Origin: Callorhinchus milii | Taxonomy: Eukaryota | NCBI RefSeq assembly: GCF_018977255.1 | Contig: NW_024704743.1 | Location: 85,872,001 to 85,936,000 of the forward strand | Direction of reading: 5' to 3' | Length of the DNA: 64,000 nt | In this document: positions 50,345 through 64,000 of the stretch, piece by piece | Layout: each line of letters begins with the position of its first letter | Position numbering within the stretch: position 1 is the first letter of the stretch | Made by a program: the position numbers and the translations under genes | The notes under the pieces: model-generated | The model's database searches: none | What the model was told of the DNA's origin: nothing | The model's input: only the letters and a program-made list of their open reading frames with translations

Positions 50345-51270
50345 GAATCTTTGCATAGCATTTGATGTAACTTTTCTTGTCAGGAGGACATCTCAAAGTG
50401 CTTCGCAGGTTATTTTGTGAAGTGTAGTGACTGCACATTTTGTAAGTGAAATATGGCATCCAATTTGTGCACAATTTGTGTCCCACAAACAGCCAAGAAG
50501 TGAATGACCCCAAATTTTATTTGGGGGGATGTTGGCCAAGATCCAGAAGAAACAATCTTCTCTTTTTGAACAGTAACATGAGATCTCAGGTGTCAGCCTA
50601 GCTCAGCTAGTAGCACTCTGAGTCAGAAGAGTATGGTTTCAAGCCCTGCGTCGAGCATTAGAATTCATAGTCTACTCCAATGCAATGCTGGGGGAGCGCT
50701 GCATTGTCAGAGGTGCTGCCGCACAATTACTCAGATAAAATTGGTCACTCACATCATGAAACATTGATATGCTCAAGTTGGCTGCCAGTCACCTATAGAT
50801 AATCGATCACTACACTTTATAGTAAATCCTGAGAAGTGGTTTGAGATGCTTCAAAAACATGACAAGGCATTATATCAAATGCAAAGATTATTATTTATTA
50901 TCTTTAATATCCACCTGAATGGGCAAACGTGATCTTGGTTTAATGTGTCTTACTATGAGTTCAAAGTACTGACATGGAGAGCGGGATTGATTTGGATAGC
51001 TCTTTTCAGAGAGCCGGCACAGACACAATGGGATGAATGGCCTCCTTCTGTGTTGTATAATTCTATGATTGTTGACGCGAATACCTGGAGAAACTCCCTT
51101 CTTTTGAAATAGTGTCACAGAATTTTTAAGTACACTTGAACAGGCAGACAGGACCTCAGTTTAATGTCTCATCCGAAGAATGGCACCTCAGACAATGCAG
51201 CACACCCTGAGCACTGTGTCAGTATAAATTGTGAGCTCAAAGTTCCCACATGGGCCTTGAATCCACAACT
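50345..51270. mobile_element. Cluster: Deu-SINE (-, 50345-50580), Deu-SINE (+, 50590-50900), CR1 tail (+, 50975-51070), Deu-SINE (-, 51080-51270)
   Basis: Matches to the other copies in the window; the CR1 tail ends attctatgatt. Confidence 0.75.
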
Positions 51271-52899
51271 GTTTCAAGGTGCAAAAAGCATGGATGAGGG
51301 TTTTGACTGTTTTGAAGCGAGATGCCTTGTAACATTCCAGACATAGAAGATGGTCTTGGTAAAGGTCCAGGTATAAGGTTTGAAACAAGGCTGGTGGTCA
51401 AATGAATATCAAGAGTACGTGCTGGCTTTGTTAGATGGAGCAAGCAACCTGGAAGATTGAAGAGCAGGAAACTTTTGTGAGAAATTGCATTAATACAATT
51501 CACATTTATCGCGCTCTCATATTACAATGATGGATGGACACCCGAGCTAGGGGTGGGAGCCAAGAAAGGGTGGGTGGGAGGAGGGGGTGGCTGCGGAGGG
51601 GAAAAATAACCAAAAGTGCAGTCAAACAGGTATATTTTGAGAATGCCTTGAAAGAGAGGGAAGGACTCGGATGGAATTCCAGAGAGTGGGGCACCACAAG
51701 AATTGTAGAAATGTAAATGCTTTCATGGTGAATGAATTACCTTTTTGAGGCCAGTCCAACTTCCACTGTACACAATTTTATCAACATTCAACAAGTTCAA
51801 GGCTGCTCTTTCACATTCTACAGCTCTCTTCATTTAGGAACACATACACTTCATGCTGCTTATTATTATTATATAACTGCTTTCACACCACAGTCTTTTT
51901 TGATAAATGTTTTGATATATTTCTACGCGATAAGACACCATTATCAAATTTTACTATCATTTGAAATTCTTCAGTTAGAAGCTGATTTTTGCTCCTGATC
52001 TAGTCACAAAATACTGAAAGTGATCAAGTGCTATATACAAAGAATTTTATGGTTTCACAGCAAATTGTATGGTGTGAAATGCCACTACTAGGTCATTTCG
52101 GGGAAGAAAAAAAAACTAATGCAGTAGCCCGGTTTAATTATACAGCTAACAATTGCTCTCTTGGGGTTGGAGGGTGTACAAGCATCAGCAATGGACCATT
52201 CAATTTTCTTCAGACACTGCCCTAATTTCCAGCTCTGGCGTTTCCTTGGCATGGCACTTTCCCATGAGCTGGGCGGTTACATGCTGTCAGTTAAAAGATA
52301 TCATAAAAATGTGGCTGTGTTCTGATCCACTGAGCCTTGGTTTCACTAAAATTAGCTTCCTTTGGATGAGTTATTGTCGAATCGTATGGAATGCCTTCAA
52401 TTTATCCCTCTACAACCTCCCTCCTAAAACCACAGATGATATTTTCACAGCCGTTGCAGAAAATTGACTTTCATTTTGCCAATATTACCAAGGATTGTCT
52501 TACAATTTAGATCAAGTGCTTGAGTGATTTTAAAATTATTTAAAAATTTTCGTTAGCCTCTTACTTTTTCATGTTATGGGCACACAGCAGTCCTGTACAG
52601 AAGAGTTTCTCTTTTTAACTACTTTAGTTGTATGTCAGCTTTGAAGGTTTTGTGAAATGGGTTACACAATCATTCTGATAACCGATTCCTATTAATGAGC
52701 ATGGTACCTTTAGAATATTCCTATTTTTTCTAACAGGAATATTTGTTACAGTAATACAATGTAGGTGTGACATGCCAAAGTGTAACTATATCAACTGCTG
52801 CCAATCTCCCTGGCAGATCTTACTTGAGGTAGCTCAACTCCAGGGATATCCTGTCTACTCTCTGCCCAAGGAATTTTAAATCAAGTACTCATTTTATCA

Positions 52900-53921
52900 A
52901 CTTAACAACAATATCTACTCCGTTCACATACGAAAACACCTCAAAGTGCTTCAGAGACAAAGTGGGAGTCTGAACAGGGTGGGAGGTAGAGGATTGAAAA
53001 GTCATGATCAATAGTGTAGTCCACGAATATTTAAGTTTGTAGGAAGGTTTGGAAAGCAGGAGGATGATGCAACACAGAATGAATTAGGGAAAGAGTCCCA
53101 GAGAGTAGGGTAAAGGGCTGAAAGCTTGCCCACCCATGATGGGAGTGGTGGGAGTGGGCAACTTGCATCAGGCTCAACTTAGCAGAGCAGAGGGAGGGGA
53201 CAGGGAAGTAGGACGATAAATAACAGAGATAGGGTAAGGCAAGGACATGGAGGCATTTGAAAATTAAGCTGGGGATCTTAAAAGTCAAGTGAGAAGGCTG
53301 TGAGTCCAAAATCCACGCCGGCATTTGGAACCCATATAGAATAATCTGACACTCCAGTGCAGTGCTGGGGAGTATGCATTATCGGAGGTACCGTACTTCG
53401 GATGAGGAATTAAACCAAATTCATATGTCTATCCAGATGGACATTCAAAATCCCATGGCACTATTTGGAAAGAGAAGGTAAAAGGTTTCTCCTGCTGTCC
53501 TGGCCAACAATCCCACAAATAAAATTGATTATTCAATTCATGACTGTTTGTGGGGCATTTCTGTATGTAAATTGGCTGTCCTCAAAGGCACACCACTGTA
53601 CAGTATATCCTGTGCAGCACTTTTGAGACGTCTCGATGATGTGATAAGGTACTATCAAATAACTTTTTTTTAAACACAAAATGCTCATGCACATACACAT
53701 TGTTATTGTTACATCAGTTATAATAATAATCCTGGCTTTTGATATAGCGCTTTTCATGTCGGGAGGACGTCCCAAAGCGCTTCACAGAACACACTGTAAA
53801 GTGAATTGACTGTATATTTTTGGGCGAACGCGGCAGCCAATTGCGCACAGCAATGTACCACAAACAGTCGTAGATTGAAAATGACCAATTTATTATTGTT
53901 TTTGGTTTTGGAGGGATTATT
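52900..53921. mobile_element. Cluster: old L2 3' end (-, 52900-53300), Deu-SINE (+, 53325-53660), SINE 3' part (-, 53722-53921)
   Basis: FKIPSLIFKCLHVLALPYL L2 motif; ctgacactccagtgcagtgctgggg Deu motif; SINE tail. Confidence 0.78.
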
Positions 53922-53959
53922 AAAGAGAAGGTATAAACTTTGGAATTGGAAGGGGTCAT

Positions 53960-56640
53960 AAAGTCTGATACAGAGTGAGATGATAATGGTGTCGAAAAGA
54001 AACTTACAAATCAATGTAGCAGTGGAAATCTCACTTTTGTCTCTCTCTCCTGAATTATGAATCAATACTTCAGTCTTTGAATGCTTCAACCGAACGAGCA
54101 TTCAATGCATTAAGTGGAAATCTGTTGCCAGTCTTCATCTTTCGTACCTCAAGTATCTGAAATCCTAAAATCATCTGTCGCAGTTCTTTCAATCGCTTTC
54201 ATTTCCTCTATATATTTTGTAACTATGGTGATTAAAACTGGCCCAGGAACTCTCCTTGCGTTCATGCAATGCTTTGAAACGAGTCAATCATTTTAATGGA
54301 CTTGTACAGACATATGGTCGCACTCTAATATTTCACTTGTGCTGGTAATCACTGCCATAAAATACAACAATGCTTTCAACATTTGGCAAACTTCCACCCC
54401 AGACCTTGAAATCATGTTTGCTATTTTTTGCATCAATATGAATAACCTAATTATCCTCAATATTAAACACTATCTATGATTCACCTGGTTGCTCAATCTC
54501 TGTAGGTCTTTGATGTTCTCTCTCTCTTCTTAAAAGATTCTCATTCTCAAACAACTTGGTATTGTCCACAAACTTAACATCTGCCTACAATACCCTGAAG
54601 AAAGTATTTAATAAACATGAACAGTAGGGGTCCCACAGTGATCTCTGGGATTACTGTGTTGGTCACAGCTTCCGGATTAAAACCATTACCATAACCACCC
54701 ACCACCATTTCCCATTATCCAAATAAATTTTTAAAAAACCTCCTGTTTAAACTGTGATCTCTTACATTTGCCACTAACCTCCGGTGAGTAATAATACAAT
54801 ATACCAAACAAACCACCAATCACTGCGGTAAAACAAAGAATTGTAAAGATCATTAGGCATAACCTACCTGTCATAATCTATGATGGATTACAATTATTGC
54901 TCTACTACTTATACATAAGGTCTACTCACATTAAATGTGCTTGAATCATTACTCCTATAACAGGCTCGAAAATCGTTGCCACTACAGATGTGAAGCTAAA
55001 AGGGCTATCATTCCCAGATCATGTTTCCGCCTTTTTTCAACAACTGTATTAAAATTGGCTATTTTCCTGGATTCTGTTAATACTCCTATACCCTGCAAAC
55101 GTTAAAGAAAATTCCCAACACACTTTTCTATAAATAATAATAATAATCCTTGCATTTGATATAGCGCTTTTCACATTTTCGAGACATCTCAAAGCGCTCA
55201 CAGAATAGACTGTAAAGTGGATTGACTGTATATTTGTGGGCGAAACATGGCAGCCAATTGCGCACAGCAGTGTCCCACAAACAGTCGTGGATTGAAGTGA
55301 CCAATTTTTTTTTATTTTTGGAGGGATTATTATCAGTCGTGTGGAGTAAGGAAAGTTGCCCAGGGTTTCGCCCTACTGGGAATTGAACCCAGCTCTCGCT
55401 TGCGAGGCGAGTGCTCTAACCACTGAGCTATAGGACTCTCTAAATAGGACTCTGGAAATCTATTCCCCCTCTATTTTACTTTCAAATTTGCTCCCCTCCC
55501 AAGCAACTTTTCTTTCTACTGGATATGGTTTCACTTATTGGTATCTCTGACCAAGTGGCCATGCTTTTTTGAGCCTCAATAGTCAGCGGCAGTGAGCTTC
55601 TCAAATACAAGGCACAGCACAAGCACGTGTGATCCCATCCTTAGCTGATCTCCAGACACTAACATCTTCCCCCAGGAATCTCTGGAAAGCAGTCAAGAGA
55701 GCAGAAATTCTGGCTGATTTCCCCTTCTATAACAAAGGCCCAATTGTAACTCTCAACTGCTGCACTGGTTGAGATCAACTAACTCAGCACAAGGTGAGCT
55801 AACTGGCGGCCCATGAGCTGCACCCAGCCCGGGGAATGATTTCATCCGGCCTGAAAACCATTTCCAACATTGTGCCGCCTGCTCCCTTCCTCCCAGGCAA
55901 ATTGTCCTCTCATGGCTGGGGCAGGAGCCGGCGATTGGTAAGGAAACCCGCTTTGCCTTCCCCTCAGCTCGGGGGGATATCGTGAAACACTGCAGTACAT
56001 TTGAGCTACGGAATTGGAAATAAAGTTTCCCATTGCCGCAGTCTGTCTGAACTCTCCTCCCACACCAGGCCATCAACGAAGCTGATCTTTANTTTTTTTT
56101 AAGCATTTTGATATACTTGTTTGCTTCTACTGCTTTATAACTATTCAGGTAATCCTCTTTCAAAACTTAACATATGATCTACATCAGCATCGATGCAACT
56201 TTCAGTTACTAGACTGATTTTCAGTTACTAGACCACTGCTGAGCTAATTCAGTGAAAAATGTAACCAAAACGTTTAAAATGTGATCAAACATTTGTCTGA
56301 TTTCTGATCTGATGTTAGAGACCTGTCAGCACTTATTTTCTGACAATTTTACTTGTTACCCAATCAAAAAAAATTCTAGTTAATTTAATAAATGTTCCAA
56401 TTTTGTTTTTTCTAATTTCTCTTTTTATGATAAATTACCTTTTCTATAATTTTTCACCTTTATACATTTTTTCAAACTTCTCATTTTTTCATGCCTTTGC
56501 AACTTTAAAAATATTTTGTTACCAACCTTTAATTTATCTGAAGACCATATTTTGTTTTGTCTGATCTTCAATTCCTTTTACTCAGTGTTTTATTTCTCGG
56601 CTATGATTCACAACGTGCCTTTAACATCAGGACTTCTTTT
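53960..56640 (-). mobile_element. Highly decayed CR1 ORF2 with later insertions
   Basis: Reverse strand shows residual CR1 RT signatures (PQRSLWDPY, a degenerate PQGSVLGP, at about 54620-54650). No intact frame; boundaries approximate. Confidence 0.55.
55133..55438 (-). mobile_element. tRNA-Ala-headed SINE, full-length short form
   Basis: Head gagtcctatagctcagtggttagagcactcgcctcgcaagcgagagctgggttcaattcc; tail; possible TSD taaata. Confidence 0.93.
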
Positions 56641-58579
56641 GAAGCAAAATTGCTCATAAGTACCTATTCACTTATTTGACCATGATAGCAGCCACAATCA
56701 CAGCCTATGATAATGTCAAGATTTGATCTTGTTTTTTCTTAATGACTTGCCTAAATAGAATAAAATAGCACAATCTAAGTACTCGCCGAGCAAGGCATGA
56801 TACCAATTTGGCAGTTAAACCTCAGAGTATGGTGCACAGAAAGATTAAAATAGGTTAAATAACTGCATGCTCTGCATAACTGCAGCAAAGCTAAAAAACA
56901 TGTTTTTAAAATTAGCAAATTCTTCGTCTTCAACTAAACTGCTGGCACAAATGTGCGCATTTGCCTACATAAAAAAACACTTAATTTCTCACGTATCGTA
57001 TTTTATAAATTTCTTTTGAGACATTTCTGTTATGTGAAAGGCATTATATAATTGCAAGCTGTTGCAGTCACACCTAATACAATGCAGATGCATATTTTCA
57101 CACTCCATTATCCACTGTTAATCCCTTCATTCTGTTAGATAATGAATGTAAATGTAACTGATTGGTATATGATTTCAATTCTACTACAGCTACAAGAGGA
57201 GCTATAATTGCTCAAACTCACCATTGAATTTTAAACAATTTTAAACATACTTTTTGAACAATTCTCTTTTATGGTTTATTCTGAAATGTGAAAAACAATC
57301 AAATTGTGCCAATCTGTTATATTGTGATTAAAGTCACACATTATTTAATATTGTGGCTATATTGTAATTTATCTCAATGCTTTTATTACATTAATTTAGT
57401 AACCACTGTACTATTTTATTATTTCTCACTGTTTCCTCACAGACACAGCCCAAAAGGGATTAGAGTTGGTATGATGTATTGCTGGAATACATTGTTAATG
57501 CCACTGAACACAAATTGCAGGTGATTATCCTCAAGATAAATCAACAACAACAACTTGCATTTATATAGCGCCCTTCACACAGGGCAGCATCCTAGAGCAC
57601 AGAACATTATTAAAATCCAAGGTTTCATTAAGGCTAATTGCTTTTTTTGGCACTTTCACAAAATGAAATACCTCCATTCTAAACCACTTGGTAACCTCTT
57701 GAACTCACTGCAATAACAGGTTCAATACAACAATAATTTGTGCACTTACAATAAACACAATGGTCACTTTTAAAACCGTCTTATTGCAGTATCTTAAATG
57801 GAGGAAATTAATCTGTGGCACTCAATGGTATTCAGTCCAGTTCAGTAAACAGTTCTATATGCCTGAAAAAGAGTACTCTTCTGAGAAAGAATTAAAATTG
57901 GAGCTTCACAGTGAACTCTGACATGGGAAACTCATCATTAATGGATAGACAAAGATTTGCTATTTCCATTGAGGATTTCAGTTTCCTTACTCCCATCAAC
58001 CCACAGTGAATGTCCTTCACAGCTATGACCCCAGTGTTGCCAATGCAAGTTCAATTTCAAAACTAATCAAAGCAACAGGAGTTCAAGACAATTACGACTC
58101 CCATCATGAAAGGTACACTTTATACGGTTTGACTTCATAAAAAACAAAAATGTACCAGCACACAAAACAGAGCACCCAGTCTTCAAACTATGCTTTAATC
58201 AGCTCAGGTTCATTTATGTTTTGACCAAAGAAGTAATCCACTAAGGTTGATTGCACAAAACATAAAATCTTAATCGACTTGTGTCCCACTTAATAATAAG
58301 TTATTATTTATAAATTATTAAATGTGCTATAATAAATTGTGGTTTTAGCTAATAAAAATTAATAAATTAATTAATAATTTCAGACAATTATTTCAGACAA
58401 CAATCGATGCAAGAATACTACTGAATTGAAACAGTTTAGAAATCGGAGCTCTGTGTGTTGGCTAAGTTACATTTCAATTATCATTGAATTATGAACCTCG
58501 ACTTAACATTTTCTCCATTCACTCTACTACTTGAGGAAGTGGACAGAAAGTTTTGTTAAAATCATATGTGCATTTGTTG

Positions 58580-59545
58580 CAAACAATAACAACTTGCACT
58601 TATATAACACTTTTCACAAAGGACTAATGTCTCAAAGCATTTACAGAAACAATGTGGATCACTGAGCAAAGTGGGAAGAGGGGATCAGTTTCAGTATTTT
58701 GACTGACTGACTCCCAGTGCCTTGGAACGTCCTTGCGACGTGGAAGGTTCTATATAAATACAATTTGTTGTTGTTGACATGGTCAAAGAGATGCATTTTT
58801 AGGAAAGTTTTAAAGGTAGGGAGAGGAGCACAGCAAAATGATTTGGGAAGAGTTCTATGAGAGTAAGAGGGGTGGAGATTGCAGTGATAAAATAAAGCAA
58901 CCTCATGAAGGTCATGCGAATAATAATAAATCCTTGCATTTGATATAGCGCCTTATCACGTCTTTGAGATGTTTCAAAGAGCTTCACCGAATATACTATA
59001 AATTGAATTGACTGAATATTTTGTGGGTAAAACACAGCAGCCATTCTTTTTGAAGGCATTATTAACCCCAGAAAAGCAATCTGCCATTTGACTAACAACT
59101 GGGTTCTTACTTCCTGCTAGGTAAACAGAGGCGTGTGGAGGAAGGGAACTTGCCCAACATTTTGCCCGAGAATCGAACCCAGGTCTCTCGCTTGCAAGGC
59201 AAGTGCTCTAACCACTGAGCTACAGGATTCCACAGGACTACAGGAATGCACTGGCAGTTGGAGAGCCAGTGGAGGCTTGTGAAGATGGATTTGTGGAGCC
59301 AACAATAAAAGAGGATTTAGGTAGCAGAGATTTAATATGAGTTGTAGCTTTTGGAGGAGGGTAGAAATAGAGAGGCCAGCAAAGTGTACATTGGAGAAAT
59401 CTAGCCTTGAGGTGATGAAAGCATGGGTAAAAGTTTTGGCTGCATTGAACTTAGGTGAGCAATGCTGTGCGATATTACAAAGATAGAGGAAGACTATTTT
59501 GTTCAAGAATCAGATGTAGTTTGAAGCAGAGCTGAGAGCCAAAGA
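58580..59545 (-). mobile_element. Old L2 3' fragment containing a SINE (58919-59230, -) and an L2 tail (58710-58776, +)
   Basis: AKTFTHAFITSRLDFSN motif; SINE head and tail visible inside. Confidence 0.8.
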
Positions 59546-60597
59546 TAGCAGTTATCTTTGCATTACATTTTGATATTTTTAAATACAGCAACACTTGCAT
59601 GTGACTCAGCCTGGTTCTATGCCCACTTCCTGAGGACAAATATGTAGGAAATCCTCTTATAAAATATTAATAGCTTACAGTTATCTTTTTCCCAGGAAAA
59701 TCTACATGAAATAAACTGAAACATTGCTTCTGAGCAGTCGTATGCTTGCACAGTTTCAAGCCAACATTGCACCAACATTTCTGCATTAATAATGTAAACA
59801 AGCATTATTACATTTAGCATTTCACCAGCCGTTAGGGAAACTTTAAAGCAGTGTCTGATGCCAAACACACAAATAAATTTGGAACGATCTAAATCCAGGA
59901 CAACATCTGCCTCATCATGTAAAACATACTTTCCTCCCACAAGAAAAGATTGCCAGCTTGTTTTCAGTTAATATTTTATAAGAGGTTCCCAACAAATGTT
60001 TTCCTCGGGAAATAGACGAGCACTAGGCTGAGATGTAGGTCAGCGCTGCTGTATTTAAGGATATCAGGATATAGCTCAACAGGAAAAATTCACAAAATCT
60101 TCTGGTCTGGTGTTTTATTTCTTGGTAGCCATTCTGATTGTCATAATCCAGAGAGACCAACAGCAAAAAGGATTAACATCATAACCTTTCTGGAATAACA
60201 GTGGGTTCATTAAAAACAATCTGAAACTTTATGGATTAGTAAGAGGTGCAATCCTATGTCAAGCAACGTTGTGGGATTTAACTGATTTTGGATGCATATA
60301 CTGTAAGTAAAACCGAATTTATACTCCTGACAGCCACACAACAATGGAGCTATTTGGAGAAAAAAAACACAATTCATATTTCTCTAGCACTCAGCAATAG
60401 TTTGTTTTAAAAATATTGTGTGACTGACTTATTAAAAATTATCAATACTAAAAATAAACCCCAAGAACTATTGAGGTATAATTTGTTGAGTAGAGATTTT
60501 ATCGTACTTTTAAACGTGTAGAGGTAAAAAGAACAACATTGATATAGCAAGAGACTATAGCAAGAGAGGGGAGGCGGAAGCCCAGAGAAAGAAGCAT

Positions 60598-60742
60598 AGA
60601 GTGTGTATGTTTGTGTGTGTGTGTGAGAGAAAAGAAAGAGAGAGACAGAGTGTATGAAAGAGAGAGTGGCTGTATATGGGTGCATGCTTGTGTGAGAGAG
60701 TGTGAATGAGTGAGAGAAGAGTGGGGGCAGAGTGAGAGAGAA
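60598..60742. repeat. (GT)/(GA) low-complexity tract
   Basis: Visible dinucleotide arrays; a similar GA tract lies at 61500-61600. Confidence 0.85.
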
Positions 60743-61028
60743 ACACATGTTTCTGACACATGCAAAAACCCATCACCATACAACAAAATCATCCAAACAA
60801 GACAGAGTACCACATATACATGTCGCCTAAGCACTGAAATTTCTGTTTGGAATGAAAAGCACAATCTCTCCTTCCGGAGAGTATTAGGCACAGGTTATGT
60901 TGGGATTCTGCTAGCTCAAACTGCATAGCTAACCATTGAGAGCATCAGCTGGCAAGCTTCCTGCTGTTTATTCAGCAAATGGGTAGGGCTTTGGTTTGGA
61001 GGGTTAACAGGAGTCTAGTGAGAAGAGT

Positions 61029-61309
61029 GGAGTCCTGTAGCTCAGTGGTTAGAGCACTCGCTTTGCAAGTGAGAGACCTGAGTTCAATTCCAGGCAGGGC
61101 GAAACCTTGGGCAAGTTTCCTTACTCCACACGCCTAATAATAATCCCTCCAAAACCAAAAACAATGATAAATTGGTCATTTTCAATCTACGACTGTTTGT
61201 GGGACATTGCTGTGCGCAATTGGCTGCCACATTCGCCCACAGTGTGTTCTGTGAAGCGCTTTGGGATGTCCTCCCGACGTGAAAAGCGCTATATCAAATG
61301 CAAGGATTA
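61029..61309 (+). mobile_element. tRNA-Ala-headed SINE, full-length short form
   Basis: A box TAGCTCAGTGG, anticodon arm CTCGC-TTTGCAA-GTGAG, B box GAGTTCAATTCC, L2-type tail. Confidence 0.94.
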
Positions 61310-61316
61310 AGAATAC

Positions 61317-61398
61317 CTGCGCCCATTGTCTTGGCCACTGTGCCCTGCTGATGAGCCAGCAGTATCTTAGTGTATAGTGGATCCACCTGGCTCAGGAA
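61317..61398 (-). CDS. Candidate internal exon FLSQVDPLYTKILLAHQQGTVAKTMGA (phase 0 to 1)
   Basis: attctctag|...GCAG|gtattc; the open frame would bridge the 62662 exon to the phase-1 exons. Splice sites are modest. Confidence 0.3.
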
Positions 61399-61669
61399 CT
61401 AGAGAATCTAGTCCGCCACAAACATCTCATTGCCAAGCACATCAATTTGAAGCCAAATTCAGCTCTAAGGAGACCCCGCTTATCTCCTAACGAGGGTAAT
61501 GAGAGAGGGAGAGATAGAGATAGAGAGGGAAGGAGAGCGGCAGTGTGAATGAGAAGCACAGAGAGAAAGAGAGAGGCAGAGCAAGAGGTGGTAGAGAGTG
61601 TGAAGAATTGGAATAACATGATCCTCCAGTATAACTCCTGATGGAACAACTTTTGTTAACAACTGTAGC

Positions 61670-61910
61670 CAATTTGTATTTTTGCGAGTTGTTAGAATTT
61701 GGAATGATCTGCCAGAAAGGGCAGTGAAGTCCGATTCGATAACAGCTTTTAAGAGAGAACTGGATAGGTATCTGGGGAAGACGGGTTTGCAGGGTTATGG
61801 GGAGAAAGCTGGTGAGTGGGGTTAATAAAAGTCAGTTGCTCTGTCAAAGAGCCGGCACAGGCCGAATGGCCTCCTTCTGTGCCGTAACATTCTATGATTC
61901 TATGATTCTA
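61670..61910 (+). mobile_element. CR1 3' end
   Basis: RIWNDLPERAV...FKRELDRYL motif and (ATTCTATG)n terminal repeat typical of CR1. Confidence 0.92.
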
Positions 61911-61994
61911 TTTTCCATGATGTCTAATTATCAACAGCATTTGCTAACCCAACCACAATGGACCAGTCCTGATTAGTGCAATCAACTCTACTGC

Positions 61995-62058
61995 TTTGGT
62001 ACGTCCTCCTGACATGAAAGGCGCTATACAAATGTAATTTGTTGCAATTTGTTGTTGT
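61995..62058 (+). mobile_element. Minimal L2 tail
   Basis: acgtcctcctgacatgaaaggcgctatacaaatgtaatttgttgcaatttgttgttg. Confidence 0.8.
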
Positions 62059-62661
62059 AATAGACATTTATACAGTCCACACAGTGTACCAATTCAGTGC
62101 AAAGAATACAGTATAAATCCAGTGTGGGGTGTAGTAATTTGTAATGGAACTTAACTACACAGTTTGTCTGAATTCTCTATAACAGGGAAGACCACAGAGT
62201 ATGACTCAGCTCGGCACAATTCTGTCCCATGAAATCCTCTCTTTTATTCTTTCCTCATTACATTTCCAGAAATTTGTCCAGAGGAATGGTTACTCTGAGA
62301 ACATAGCAAACTAGTTTGTCCAGCTTGTTTGATTAAAAAGCAAATGAAGCAGAGTCTGTTCACAAATCAGGAAATTTATCTCTTTTACTTTTAATCTAGA
62401 GCCAGGTCGGTATATTCCCAGGAAAATGTTCCTCACACATATGTTCTGTGAGCAAACCAGGCTGATATTTTGTAAACAAAACGATTGTTTCAGGTTTCAA
62501 GAGAATAAAAGAGAGGTGCCAGATATTGTTTTGGTAGTGCCATTTATTCTGCTATCATTTGTTAATGACCCAAATATCCAAATTGACAAAGTCAACTAAA
62601 ATGGGACAGGAAACAAACTTCATAAAGGCAGGCAAGCACTTCTCTGTTTTTTTTTACTTAC

Positions 62662-62766
62662 CTGATAAGCTTTATTAACCTGTGCAGCCGCCCAAGTGGC
62701 ATATTTCATATTGTCCTTTTTTATTTTGGCGTTGGCTTTGGGATTAGAGGCAATATGACTTGCAGT
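62662..62766 (-). CDS. Internal coding exon of an unidentified gene: [35 protein letters not shown]
   Basis: tttttttctctatttccaag acceptor, CAG|gtaagt consensus donor, 105 nt, only phase 0 open. Confidence 0.8.
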
Positions 62767-64000
62767 CTTGGAAATAGAGAAAAAAATGTAAATAGAGATA
62801 ATATTTAGCCTACAATTGTGTTATTTTATATTATACCACATTGTAGCATTTACCAAAAATATCTGTTGGCTGCAAAAATTGTAACAACATTCAAAAGGGA
62901 ACTGGAAAACACAGATTACCTTAGATAGCTCCAAAAGGGAGCTCCAATAGCACACTGGCACAGACTCCACTGGCACACAGTACAAACGTTCTAGGAATTT
63001 CTCATTATTTATGTTTTGGGTCATGCGACAATGATGCATTAACTGCAAAAAGTTTCTCAACACAGAAGAGAAAACTTGGGTCAAGAAAATGTATTTCATG
63101 AATTTTAGAACTAACACCCAAAATATAATGGCTTGGGTCCACACACTCAGTCCTATGGTATAACAAAGTGCCAAAAAATGGACAACTTCTGACTCGTCAG
63201 ATTGTCAGTGATGCCGCAAGAGTGCGCTGCACAGAAGCGTAGCTGACATCACTTCCTTCTCAAAGTGCCATGAGCAGTGCCAGGGGCAGATTGGCTATTC
63301 AGAAATTCCGAGCCCTTTCGGGAGCTATTGCACCACTGAGCAATGATTTCTCCAGATAGAGTGCAGGAATTTAAGGCAGCAGGAAGTGACCCTAACCAAT
63401 GATCTGATAACTCAGAAGGTGCCAGCTTTTTTTGTCCACAGTACACCTCAGCTATAAGTGAACCCATAATAAACTTGACAGCTTTATGCAGGGGTACCTG
63501 TAATAGATTCATTAGTACTTGTAAAATTAACACAGGGTCTATAAAGTTAAAACATGTCAATGTACTTCAAAGGTAGTCGCTACACTTAACAGCAATTGTG
63601 CATTTGGAGGCAAATGTAGAAGTTATTTTGCATACAAGGGCCCACAAACGGCCAAATCGTTTCACGGGATCTTTAATGTCCACCTGAAGAGGTAGATGAG
63701 ATGTTGTCTTAACATCTGATCAAAGAAGAAGAAAAAAAGGAGAGAAAAATAGCATTGTTTTTAAAAAGCCAGAATAATGAAAAAGAGAACGGGAGGAAAA
63801 AAGACCACAGGTGAGGTATTTAAAATGTTTAAAATAGTGTTTATAAAATTTACTTTAGCAGGCTAGGATTAATATTACATGAATAAACTTCTGACCATCT
63901 TTCTTATTATTTGAACATTGGTGCTTTTTAACACCAGTGCGTGAGTAGAAAATATGCTGAACATGGGATAGACTGTTTTTTCAAGTCTTTAAATCATGGT

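Noticed and set aside
61029..61100. tRNA-Ala gene (also 21540, 55370, 59165)
   Set aside because: No acceptor stem or poly-T terminator; runs directly into the SINE body.

Overview
Vertebrate genomic DNA, AT-rich and dense in retroelements. The repeat complement (L2 and CR1 LINEs, Deu-domain SINEs, a tRNA-Ala-headed SINE, Penelope-like ends) suggests a cartilaginous fish, possibly a holocephalan; this is inference. Almost all ORFs in the track are transposon remnants or chance frames. The likely host gene is the 3' end of a minus-strand protein-coding gene I cannot name. Its supported parts are a 105-nt exon at 62662-62766 and a terminal exon at 44706-44785. Weaker alternative or micro-exon candidates lie between them, including a GC-donor 24-nt exon and a possible CaaX-ending exon. 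The most interesting structure is in the mobile DNA: (1) two minimal hammerhead-ribozyme motifs in Penelope-like termini; (2) a near full-length single-ORF L2 with a twin-priming-type 5' inversion; (3) a 3' stem-loop showing compensatory changes across two L2 subfamilies and two SINE families, with one SINE subfamily carrying the loop of the youngest L2; (4) a young L2 nested in an older L2 with a 21-bp target duplication, which creates the chimeric 464-aa ORF. I found no convincing wholly new system; these are variants of known biology. Boundaries of old repeats are approximate.
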